This document shows positions 1-7,269 of a stretch of 21,059 bases of DNA, in pieces. The first letter of the stretch is position 1, and every line of letters begins with the position of its first letter. The DNA is taken from positions 1-21,059 of the forward strand of contig JAYUUO010000298.1 of NCBI GenBank assembly GCA_043754515.1. The letters are read 5' to 3'. The notes beneath the pieces were generated by a model. It was not told the origin of the DNA. It was given only the letters and a program-made list of their open reading frames with translations, and ran no database searches. Source of the DNA: Armatimonadota bacterium. GTDB taxonomy: Bacteria > Armatimonadota > Armatimonadia > Armatimonadales > Armatimonadaceae. Made by a program: the position numbers and the translations under genes.

Positions 1-96
1 CGCGATTAGAAACTGGATGTAATCCACTTCGTCTGTTTTAGGGAGGTTCACAAACCAGTATCCCTCTACCAACCTAAATTGGCAACTGCGTAACTC
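1..96 (-). pseudogene. Fragment of an unknown gene running off the left edge, homologous to the relic at ~16195-16440
   Basis: Minus frame reads ELRSCQFRLVEGYWFVNLPKTDEVDYIQFLIA. Nucleotides 26-64 match 16293-16331 at 34/39 without gaps. Confidence 0.5.
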
Positions 97-100
97 CTAA

Positions 101-280
101 AAGGTTGTCAAGCCTACTGATATTGCTCCGGTGCAACCAGGAAATCAGGCTCCGAAAGTTCCAAAAACTTGGGGACAGAAGTTCTCTATCCGACGTAATG
201 ACGTTTTACAGCTCAGAAATGGTGGTGCCATTCCACCCAATGGCATACGCGAGATTCCGAGGATCACTGACCACCCCTAG
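101..280 (+). pseudogene. Probable orphan toxin C-terminal fragment (no start codon recognised)
   Basis: Open frame KVVKPTDIAPVQPGNQAPKVPKTWGQKFSIRRNDVLQLRNGGAIPPNGIREIPRITDHP* stops 13 nt before the ATG of an immunity-like gene; AT-rich; Rhs context. Confidence 0.35.
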
Positions 281-293
281 AGGAAATACAGTT

Positions 294-728
294 ATGCAAA
301 CAATTTCTGACATGTGGAACAATATGGAAGTTCCTTTAGTGGACGGACTCATCACAGAGGACAATAAATTTATCAAGATCGAATACAGAATAACGCACGT
401 TCATAATGAAGTTTACCGTTTTGACAAAGACAAATCAGAGGTTGAAGATCTGTACGATGCATGGGATGGTGAATCCGTAACATCTATTCATGTATTGCAT
501 AGTGTTAAGGCTGCCGAACATTTTGTTTACGTCGGCGAAGGCGGTTATGGGACTCAGGGTTTTGTTGCTTGTACAGATGGTGCAAATCAACTGCAATGGA
601 TTTTAGTCCTCCAAAGGTCAAATCCTTTTGTTGACGTGCAATATAACGGGAGCGGAGTTGTTGTCACGTCGTCGTACAAATTCGCTCTAAATCTCGATTT
701 GCAACAACCGGAGGAAACATTTCTGTGA
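294..728 (+). CDS. Putative polymorphic-toxin immunity protein (144 aa)
   Basis: GAGGA RBS-like sequence at 280-284 precedes ATG 294, so the ORF-track start at 105 is probably over-extended. Motif VGEGGYGTQGFVA...WILVLQRSNPF resembles proteins found downstream of Rhs toxins; low GC. Confidence 0.6.
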   Translation: MQTISDMWNNMEVPLVDGLITEDNKFIKIEYRITHVHNEVYRFDKDKSEVEDLYDAWDGESVTSIHVLHSVKAAEHFVYVGEGGYGTQGFVACTDGANQLQWILVLQRSNPFVDVQYNGSGVVVTSSYKFALNLDLQQPEETFL

Positions 729-744
729 GCCTCTCAGACCCATC

Positions 745-767
745 GACAGTGCAACAAATCTTCTGTA
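745..767. repeat. Probable IS256 terminal inverted repeat (downstream end)
   Basis: GACAGTGCAACAAATCTTCTGTA lies ~30 nt beyond the transposase stop (795) and resembles IS256-family ends. The partner end is not present. Confidence 0.5.
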
Positions 768-1291
768 TGTAAAATCCCGAAGTTTGCTTAGTCGCTATGG
801 TTGCTTCGTCTCCATCGGAAGGTAAAATAGGCGAAACGAAGTTTCTGCCGACTTGCCGGTTTCCCACTCGTCCCCGATCTCCATCAGCACCGCTGACGCG
901 AGGCGCAGGCACGACGGCTCCGACACGAACGAGCCGATCACCCGGAAGGCGCACAAACCGCCCCGGCGGTTTTGCTGAGGCATCGCAACTCCTTGTTCAC
1001 CCGCTCGGAACAAACACCGCGTTTTTCCTCCAAGCCGTTGCTGGTCCGCAGGAAACGGCGCTGACCCTCGGGCAAGGCGAGTACCATCAGCCCCTCGGGG
1101 ATGGCTTCCTCCATCCGCCCCTTTAATTACGGCGCGGCCGCCTCATATTCCTTGACCGTCGTCCTTAACAGGTCTTGCGCCGTCACCAGATCACGGGACG
1201 CGAAGATCGAGCGGATCCTGGCCGCCCCCTCCTTCTTCATCTCCTATTTCGGCACGTATTCCCGGGCGTTCTGTTGCAGATGGAACTGATA
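745..1291 (-). mobile_element. IS256-family transposase relic (3' part only, pseudogene)
   Basis: Minus-strand translation gives QFHLQQNA...IRSIF...EEAIPEGL...LRTSNGLE/RVNKELR/RVIGSFVSEPSCLRLASAVLMEIGDEWETGK/YL, typical IS256 C-terminal motifs. In-frame stops at 1244-1246 and 1127-1129, a frameshift within 945-982, and 5' truncation near 1291. Confidence 0.9.
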
Positions 1292-1310
1292 CCCTAGAGA
1301 AATCGCCTGG

Positions 1311-1397
1311 GGCGACTTCGGCGTCGGCTGGCGCATGGGGATGAGCAGCGTGCGCCTGGAGAAGTCCGTGCCGATCAGCGGCGATTGGGAGGAGCAG
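1311..1397 (+). pseudogene. Fragment from the N-terminal part of an Rhs core (GxFGxGW, DUF6531-like motif)
   Basis: GDFGVGWRMGMSSVRLEKSVPISGDWEEQ in frame 3, directly upstream of and out of frame with the Rhs core end. Confidence 0.65.
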
Positions 1398-1419
1398 GGC
1401 CACCACGCCCCCGGCGCGC

Positions 1420-3118
1420 TTCGAGTACGACGCGTTCGGGATGCCGCGGCAGGTCGGGAACACGGCGGGCGACCCGTTCTCGTCGAACTACCTGGGGATC
1501 GGCGGGGAACAGTACGACCAGAACACGGGGCTGTACTACCTGCGGGCGCGGTATTACGACCCGCTGTCGGGGCGGTTCCTCTCGTCCGACCCGGCGGACG
1601 CGGACGCGAACGAGTACGCGTACGCGGCGGGCGACCCGGTCAACAATAGCGACCCGTCTGGCCTGGCTACCCTGTTAGAGATGGAGATATCTTCCACCCT
1701 GAGTGAGGGGTTGAGCCAGCTGGTGTACGGCTACATGGAGGGGATGTCCCGGCACACGGCGGCGGTGATCCTGGGCGGGGGCGACGCGAGCGTCGAGGCG
1801 TTCGTGAAGGCGGGTGCCCGGAGCGCGGCGGGGCGGTTGCACCCGTTGCTGGGTTTGCTACTCGACTGCACGGAGCTAGGGAGTTCAATGGGTCAGACGT
1901 TCGGGGAACTCCAGCACAACATGGAGGTCATGAACGACGCGGACGCACCGCCGCACGAGAAGAAGCGTGCGGTGACGCGGATGTTGCTGAACGGGGTGCG
2001 GCTGGCGTCGGACGCGGTGAACCTGGCGACGGCGGCGCAGGCTGTCCTTATCCACACGTCGGCTCTAAACGGGATCGGGGACGCGCTGGGCGAGAGTCAG
2101 ATGGTGTCTCCGGGGAACGCGACGAACGGTTTCGAGTCGGAGCGAGAGGGCTGGGACAACGGGTCCGGGTCTTCGATGACGGATGAGGCGAGCGGGTCTT
2201 CGATGGGGGAGGGGTACGGGGACAGCAACAACGTCGAGGTGTTCGAGACGCCCAACGGAGTCTGCTTCGTGGGAGATACGCGCACGGCCTGGCGGTGGAC
2301 GGGGGGTGCCGCGCCGGACGAGGACGCGAAGGGGGCGGCGGCGGGCGGCGGGATAGGGGCGATGCGGGGCGAGTGGGCGGCAAAGCACGCGAAGGCGAAG
2401 GCGGCGGGGAGCGCGCCCGCGACGCTGTACGCGGTCTCCAGGGACGCCGTGACGGGGGCGACGGAGTGGAAGCGCGTGTCGGACGTGTATGAGCGGCACG
2501 CGGCGGAGATCGCGTGGGTGTCGCTCGCGGACGCGGGAAGCGGGAAGGTCGTGGAGCGGATCGGTGTGACGTTCGAGCACCCGTTCATGACGCCGAAGGG
2601 CTGGGTGGAGGCGGGTAGCCTGGGGATCGGGACGCAGATCCTGACGCGGGCGGGGCCGCGCCTGGTGGTGGTCAAGGTCGAGCGCGAGGCACTGCCGGGC
2701 GGGTACGCGGTGTTCAACGCGACCGTGGAGGGCGACCACTCCTACTTCGTCGGCACCGCACAAGGCGGCGCGTGGGTTCACAATACGTGCGCGGGCGACC
2801 ATCACCTCTTCCCGCGATCTCTGGGTAGCCTGACGCCCTACGGCCACTCATCATTGACGCCGATGAACCAGTTCCGGCACACGTATACACAGGGCACTGG
2901 AGACGTTTTTGCGGAACGAAACGAAACAGGTAGGCGGCGCAACCGTGGATATGTTCGCCAGGAATGGGAACAGCGGTGCCGTCGTGAGAAGAAACTTCAC
3001 GCTCCCCGAACGCCTCACCGCTCTCGACCGTTTCCACACGCAGTACCAGAGCGGCGCCTACTACGACCGGTTCAACGCGGAGGTGATTCACGCGATCAAA
3101 AACGGAAACACGCAGTGA
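1420..3118 (+). pseudogene. Rhs toxin remnant: core end, pre-toxin linker, HINT domain and frameshifted nuclease-like toxin tip (ORF track 1441-3123 and 2909-3118)
   Basis: FEYDAFG...GEQYDQNTGLYYLRARYYDPLSGRFLSSDP...DPVNNSDPSG Rhs signature; HINT CFVGDT...WVHN; tip HHLFPRSLG continues in the +1 frame as IHRALETFL...KNGNTQ*, stopping 1 nt before the immunity ATG. Confidence 0.9.
2263..2784 (+). other. Polymorphic-toxin HINT (intein-like) autoproteolytic domain
   Basis: N-terminal CF, TxxHPF block (VTFEHPF), and C-terminal VFNATVEGDHSYFV...WVHN. Confidence 0.9.
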
Positions 3119-3119
3119 C

Positions 3120-3719
3120 ATGACAAAAGTGGAGCGATGGTGGTGGCTGGTGCCCAAGGACCAGTATTATAACAACTTCCTGTTCTGGAAGGACGGGAAG
3201 CCTAGAACACTACGCCCGGCCTATGCCGCAGTCCGGTGTCAGGTCTGCGGCAAGCTCGACGAGCTTAAGGCCCTGCAAATGCCGTTGCAGGATGACATCA
3301 AGATCCGTGCACGCGGCGACGTCGTTCTGACGCATGACGGGTTCTTGTTGTTCAGTCAGCACCTGCAAGACGTCCTGAGCGACAACCGGGTGCAAGGCGT
3401 TCGGTATCTCGCGATCCCGAACGAGGACAGGTATCGCGTCGCGATCCCGACCTGCTATCTCCCGGTTGATCCAGACACGGCAGGCTTCCAATATGCTGGG
3501 GCGAAGTGTGTCGCCTGCGGGCGGTACCGGCACGGGGTGTATGTCGGCCCGCTGAAGCCTTCCTACTCGCCGCCCGAGGATAACACGGTCATGTGCGCGC
3601 CCGAAGTGTTTCAAGAAAGTGGCGTGGGGCGTGTCTTCTGGTTTCTCGTGAGCGACCTGGTGAAATCGCTGTTCAAAAAGAACGGCATCCGGGGCGTAGA
3701 GTTCGGTAAGCCGTTGTAG
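3120..3719 (+). CDS. Putative cognate immunity protein with double CxxCG motif
   Basis: Abuts the toxin stop; CQVCG and CVACG motifs; ends GIRGVEF; resembles the double-CXXCG (SitI6-like) immunity family. Confidence 0.75.
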   Translation: MTKVERWWWLVPKDQYYNNFLFWKDGKPRTLRPAYAAVRCQVCGKLDELKALQMPLQDDIKIRARGDVVLTHDGFLLFSQHLQDVLSDNRVQGVRYLAIPNEDRYRVAIPTCYLPVDPDTAGFQYAGAKCVACGRYRHGVYVGPLKPSYSPPEDNTVMCAPEVFQESGVGRVFWFLVSDLVKSLFKKNGIRGVEFGKPL

Positions 3720-3743
3720 TCGGCTTAATCGTCTCCGGGCGAT

Positions 3744-3768
3744 CATGTTTCTGCTCAGCAGAAACATG
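3744..3768. repeat. Perfect 12-bp inverted repeat with 1-nt spacer
   Basis: CATGTTTCTGCT-C-AGCAGAAACATG, 24 nt after the immunity gene stop. Confidence 0.8.
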
Positions 3769-3940
3769 TGTCAAACGCCACAGGAAATCGGTCCGTCTGC
3801 ACTTAAGCAATGGGCTTCTCCTTGCCTTTGTGAGACGGGCGAGAGGGACGGCCGGGCGCGGCAGGTGGTCTACAAAGCGGGGCAAGCCCCCAGCCGTCCT
3901 GGGAAACGGGTGGGAGGCAACACTCGGCGCATAAACGCCG

Positions 3941-3946
3941 TAATAT
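3941..3946 (+). promoter_or_regulatory. Putative -10 element of a leaderless promoter for steA
   Basis: TAATAT 6 nt upstream of ATG 3953, with no Shine-Dalgarno. Confidence 0.45.
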
Positions 3947-3952
3947 CGTCAT

Positions 3953-5173
3953 ATGGCTCAGAGCAGCGGTTACTTCACACTCACGCCGCCCGGACGCGGC
4001 GTCACCGAACCCGCCTCCGCGCCGGGCAAGCGGCTCGCGGGCACGCTCCGTCTGGGCAAACGCACCAAGCAACTCGCCCCCGACCTGACGCCTGGAGTAG
4101 TGGTGGTGCTGGACCACCCCGACCTTGACAGCGTCGCCGCGCGCGCCCTGATCGCGGCGCGGCCCGTCGCGGTGATAAACAACGCCTCCTTCGTCTCTGG
4201 CCGCTACCCGAACCGGGGTCCCGCGCTACTTCTGCAAGCCGGAGTCTTCTGCTACGAGCGGGCGGAGGGTGCCGCCGACTTGTTCGACACGCTCCGCGAC
4301 AACGAGCCGGTCACGATCACCGGCACGTCGCTCCAGCAGGGCACCCGCGCGGCGGAGTTAACGCCGTTCACCGCCGACACGCTGGACGCGCGGATACTCA
4401 CGGCGCGGGCGAACCTGAACGACGCGCTTTCCGACTTCGCGCAGAACACTTTGCGCTACCTGGACCGCGACGAGGAGCGCGCCCTGCTCCTCGACCCGGT
4501 GACGGTTCCCGAGACGCGAACGCTCCTGACCGGTCGGGCGGTGTTGATCGTGGTCCGGGGGGACGGGTACGAGGAAGATCTGGCGCAACTCGGCCTGTTC
4601 CTGCGCGAGCAACACCCGGCGGTGATCGCGGTGGACGGTGCCGCCGACGCGCTACTGGCACTGGGTGTGCGCCCCGACATTATACTGGGGGACATGGACT
4701 CTGTCTCCGACGCCGGACTGAAATGCGGCGCCGAACTGATCGTCCACGCCTACGCCCGCCCGCAAACCTCCGGCGAGGTCGCGCCAGGCCTGCGCCGCGT
4801 CGAGTCGCTACACCTCGCCGCGCAGACGTTCCCGGTCGCGGGGACTTCGGAGGACGCGGCGTTGCTACTCGCGTACGAGCGCGGGGCGGATCTGATCGTC
4901 GCGGTCGGCACGCACTCCCACCTGGAGGATTTTCTGGACAAGGGGCGCGGCGGCATGGCTTCCACCTTCCTCGTGCGGCTCAAGGTCGGTAGTCGTTTGG
5001 TGGACGCGCGGGGCGTATCGCGCCTGTATGCGCGGCGTCAGCGTCTCGGGCCGCTGATGATCTGCCTCGCGCTGTGCGCGGCGTTCCCGCTGGTGGTGCT
5101 TTTCGCGAACACCTCGGTCGGGCAACATTTGTGGCGTTCGCTGGCCGTCTGGTTCAGTTTGCGCGCCGGCTGA
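3953..5173 (+). CDS. steA: Putative cytokinetic ring protein SteA (thiamine pyrophosphokinase-like fold, C-terminal membrane anchor)
   Basis: RTKQL...DHPDLD...SGRYPNRGP, AVDGAADAL, GDMDSVS, VGTHSHLEDFLDKGRGGMASTFLVRLKVGSRLVDARGVSRLY, and a C-terminal hydrophobic helix. Confidence 0.88.
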   Translation: MAQSSGYFTLTPPGRGVTEPASAPGKRLAGTLRLGKRTKQLAPDLTPGVVVVLDHPDLDSVAARALIAARPVAVINNASFVSGRYPNRGPALLLQAGVFCYERAEGAADLFDTLRDNEPVTITGTSLQQGTRAAELTPFTADTLDARILTARANLNDALSDFAQNTLRYLDRDEERALLLDPVTVPETRTLLTGRAVLIVVRGDGYEEDLAQLGLFLREQHPAVIAVDGAADALLALGVRPDIILGDMDSVSDAGLKCGAELIVHAYARPQTSGEVAPGLRRVESLHLAAQTFPVAGTSEDAALLLAYERGADLIVAVGTHSHLEDFLDKGRGGMASTFLVRLKVGSRLVDARGVSRLYARRQRLGPLMICLALCAAFPLVVLFANTSVGQHLWRSLAVWFSLRAG

Positions 5174-5295
5174 GGCGGGCATACCAACTTAACCATGCCG
5201 CGCCCCGACTAACAGAATGAATCCGAGTTTCGTTCCTCGCGGGGCGGCGCGAAGTGGCGTACAATAAGCGGCTCGAAATCCGTTTGGGAAAGAGT

Positions 5296-6027
5296 GTGAC
5301 AGGCTTGTCTCTTTGGCAACGAATAACCGAAAAGTTTACGGGTAGCGATGTGGTCGGCGGGGAAGTCGGCCTCGTCGAGGCGGCGCGGCGTGGCGACCAG
5401 CGGGCGTTCGATCTGCTGGTTTCGACGTATCAGGCACAACTCAAAGGGTTCATCGGGCGGCGCGTCGGCGCGGAGGCGGTGGACGATCTGGCACAGGATG
5501 TCTGGATCGGCGTCTGGAACGCGTTGCCGCGCTTCGAGCGCCGCGCCTGTTTTCGCACATTTTTATACGGCGTCGCGGTGCATAAATGTATGGACTACCA
5601 CCGGGGGCAGAAACGCTCGTCCGGGGTGGTGTCTACCACCGCGCTGACGGAGGGGACACTGAACGACGCGATGTGCGCCGCGCCGACCGGCGACAGGACC
5701 GCCTACAAGACGCCGGAAGAGCTGTACACGGCGGCGGAATCGCGCGAAACGGTGCGCATCGTCGTGGACACGTTGCCGCAGGCGCAACGGGAAGTCCTGG
5801 ACCTGTACTACTGGGCGGAGCTAACGCTGCCGGAGATCGCCCGCGTTCTGGAACGCAACCTGAACACAGTTAAATATCAGTTTTATCGCGGCCATGACCT
5901 GGTGGCGCAGGGGATGGCAGGGGTGGAGCGGATGGCGGCGGTCTCCGCCACGCGCACCCTCGACTGCGAACCGCCCGTGACCGCGCCGCGCCGGGCACGG
6001 CAACTAACCGAAAGAGTCAGGGGGTAG
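5296..6027 (+). CDS. ECF-type RNA polymerase sigma-70 factor
   Basis: Region 2 (GDQRAFDLL...DDLAQDVW...FRTFLYGVAVHKCMD) and region 4 (LPQAQREVL...LTLPEIA...NTVK). The ORF track starts at 5254; GTG 5296 is preferred because TACAAT lies at 5260-5265 and a purine-rich tract precedes 5296. Confidence 0.92.
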   Translation: MTGLSLWQRITEKFTGSDVVGGEVGLVEAARRGDQRAFDLLVSTYQAQLKGFIGRRVGAEAVDDLAQDVWIGVWNALPRFERRACFRTFLYGVAVHKCMDYHRGQKRSSGVVSTTALTEGTLNDAMCAAPTGDRTAYKTPEELYTAAESRETVRIVVDTLPQAQREVLDLYYWAELTLPEIARVLERNLNTVKYQFYRGHDLVAQGMAGVERMAAVSATRTLDCEPPVTAPRRARQLTERVRG

Positions 6028-6030
6028 ACC

Positions 6031-6537
6031 ATGCATTGCAACGGGCGCGATCAAGATATATTGTTACTGCACCACGGCGAACTCGCCCCCTGGCACGCAC
6101 TCCTTGTGCGCTACCACTTGCGTTCCTGCGTTCATTGCCAGGAGCACTTCACCGAAATGGCGCGCGTATCGGGACTGGTCGCGGGTGCCATCCGCCAGGA
6201 CGCCGGTCTGCCCGCGTTCGCCATGCGCGGCGCCCCTTACGCGGTGCCCCGGCTACGCCCGGCCACGCCGTCGCACTTCCTGTCGCGCCGCGCCACGTAT
6301 CGCCCGGCGTTCGTGATCGCCGTGAGCACGATCGCGGCGGTGATCGCCGCCAGCGCGTATGCCTACAAAGCCGTCGCCCTCGCACCGACCCCGGACGTCG
6401 GTTTCGAGACCGCTTCCCTGTTCCCCGCGCAACGCTCGTTCGCCCCCGGCAGGGCGCGGGACGCGAACGGCAACCCGACTATCTTCCCCTACTCGACGCC
6501 CGATCTGCACGGCGGCTGTGAGAAGGGTAGTAACTAG
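6031..6537 (+). CDS. Putative zinc-binding (ZAS) membrane anti-sigma factor
   Basis: Starts 3 nt after the sigma stop; HLRSCVHC (HxxxCxxC); one TM segment (AFVIAVSTIAAVIAASAYAY). Confidence 0.78.
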   Translation: MHCNGRDQDILLLHHGELAPWHALLVRYHLRSCVHCQEHFTEMARVSGLVAGAIRQDAGLPAFAMRGAPYAVPRLRPATPSHFLSRRATYRPAFVIAVSTIAAVIAASAYAYKAVALAPTPDVGFETASLFPAQRSFAPGRARDANGNPTIFPYSTPDLHGGCEKGSN

Positions 6538-6543
6538 ACGCCC

Positions 6544-7221
6544 ATGTCACTGCCGACACCAGCCCGCGGGGAAGATGCGCCGCCTGAAGGCGCGCCACCC
6601 CGCCGCCGCATGCTCCTGTACTTGATCGCCCCGCTTCTGCTGATCGCGATGATAACCGCCGGAGTGCGATTCGCCACGCACGCCGATCAGACGCGGGAAG
6701 ACCGGTCGGAGGCGGTGACGCGCGAGGCATGGAAAGCGGCGCGTACCGGGTCGGGCAAAGCGGCCCGCCCGCGCCCCAAGCCACCCGTCTTTCACCCGAC
6801 GGATGCCGCTACGCAGGCCGCGATCGAGTCCAGCATCCGGGGCCAACTGGACGCCCTGCGCGCGAATAACTTCGGGGCATCTTTAGAGTATGCCACGCCG
6901 AATACGCGGGCTAGCATGAGCCCGGAGCGATTCGGCATGATGATCCGTAGCGGGTACGCGCCGATGCTGACCGCGAAAAGCGTGGACTTTCTTCCCGCGA
7001 GCGTGCAGGGCCGACCCGGCTACGTCCATCAGGCGTTAGTGCAGGTCCGGTTGCGTGGCGACGCGGGTGTTACCACCCCTTATATGTATTCGCTTGTTAG
7101 CGACGGCGGGAAGTGGTACGTGCAGGCGGTGATGAACATCCCTCAGCCGCCGGGAGGCGGCGAGGATTTTCCCCGGCGACTACCTCCGGGAATGCCCATC
7201 CCCGTCCCCGGCGACCTGTAA
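6544..7221 (+). CDS. Membrane-anchored DUF4864-like protein
   Basis: N-terminal TM helix, then IRGQLDALRANNFGASLEYATP...PERFGMMIRSGYAPM...YSLVSDGGKWYVQAV. Confidence 0.75.
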   Translation: MSLPTPARGEDAPPEGAPPRRRMLLYLIAPLLLIAMITAGVRFATHADQTREDRSEAVTREAWKAARTGSGKAARPRPKPPVFHPTDAATQAAIESSIRGQLDALRANNFGASLEYATPNTRASMSPERFGMMIRSGYAPMLTAKSVDFLPASVQGRPGYVHQALVQVRLRGDAGVTTPYMYSLVSDGGKWYVQAVMNIPQPPGGGEDFPRRLPPGMPIPVPGDL

Positions 7222-7269
7222 ACGATAGGGCGTTCGGCGGCAGTATAATGCCTGCTGGGATATTCCTGA

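Noticed and set aside
23..97. Plus-frame peptide VLGRFTNQYP as a decayed Rhs GRF..DP motif
   Set aside because: Comparison with the 16.3 kb copy gives longer peptide conservation in the minus-strand frame.
105..293. N-terminal extension of the 207-aa ORF
   Set aside because: TTG start without RBS; a good RBS and ATG occur at 294.
797..1289. Plus-strand ORFs 797-1126 and 1101-1289
   Set aside because: Antisense to the IS256 relic.
2890..3123. Arg-rich C-terminus of the 560-aa ORF as the real toxin
   Set aside because: Out-of-frame read-through; the +1 frame gives a sensible domain that abuts the immunity gene.
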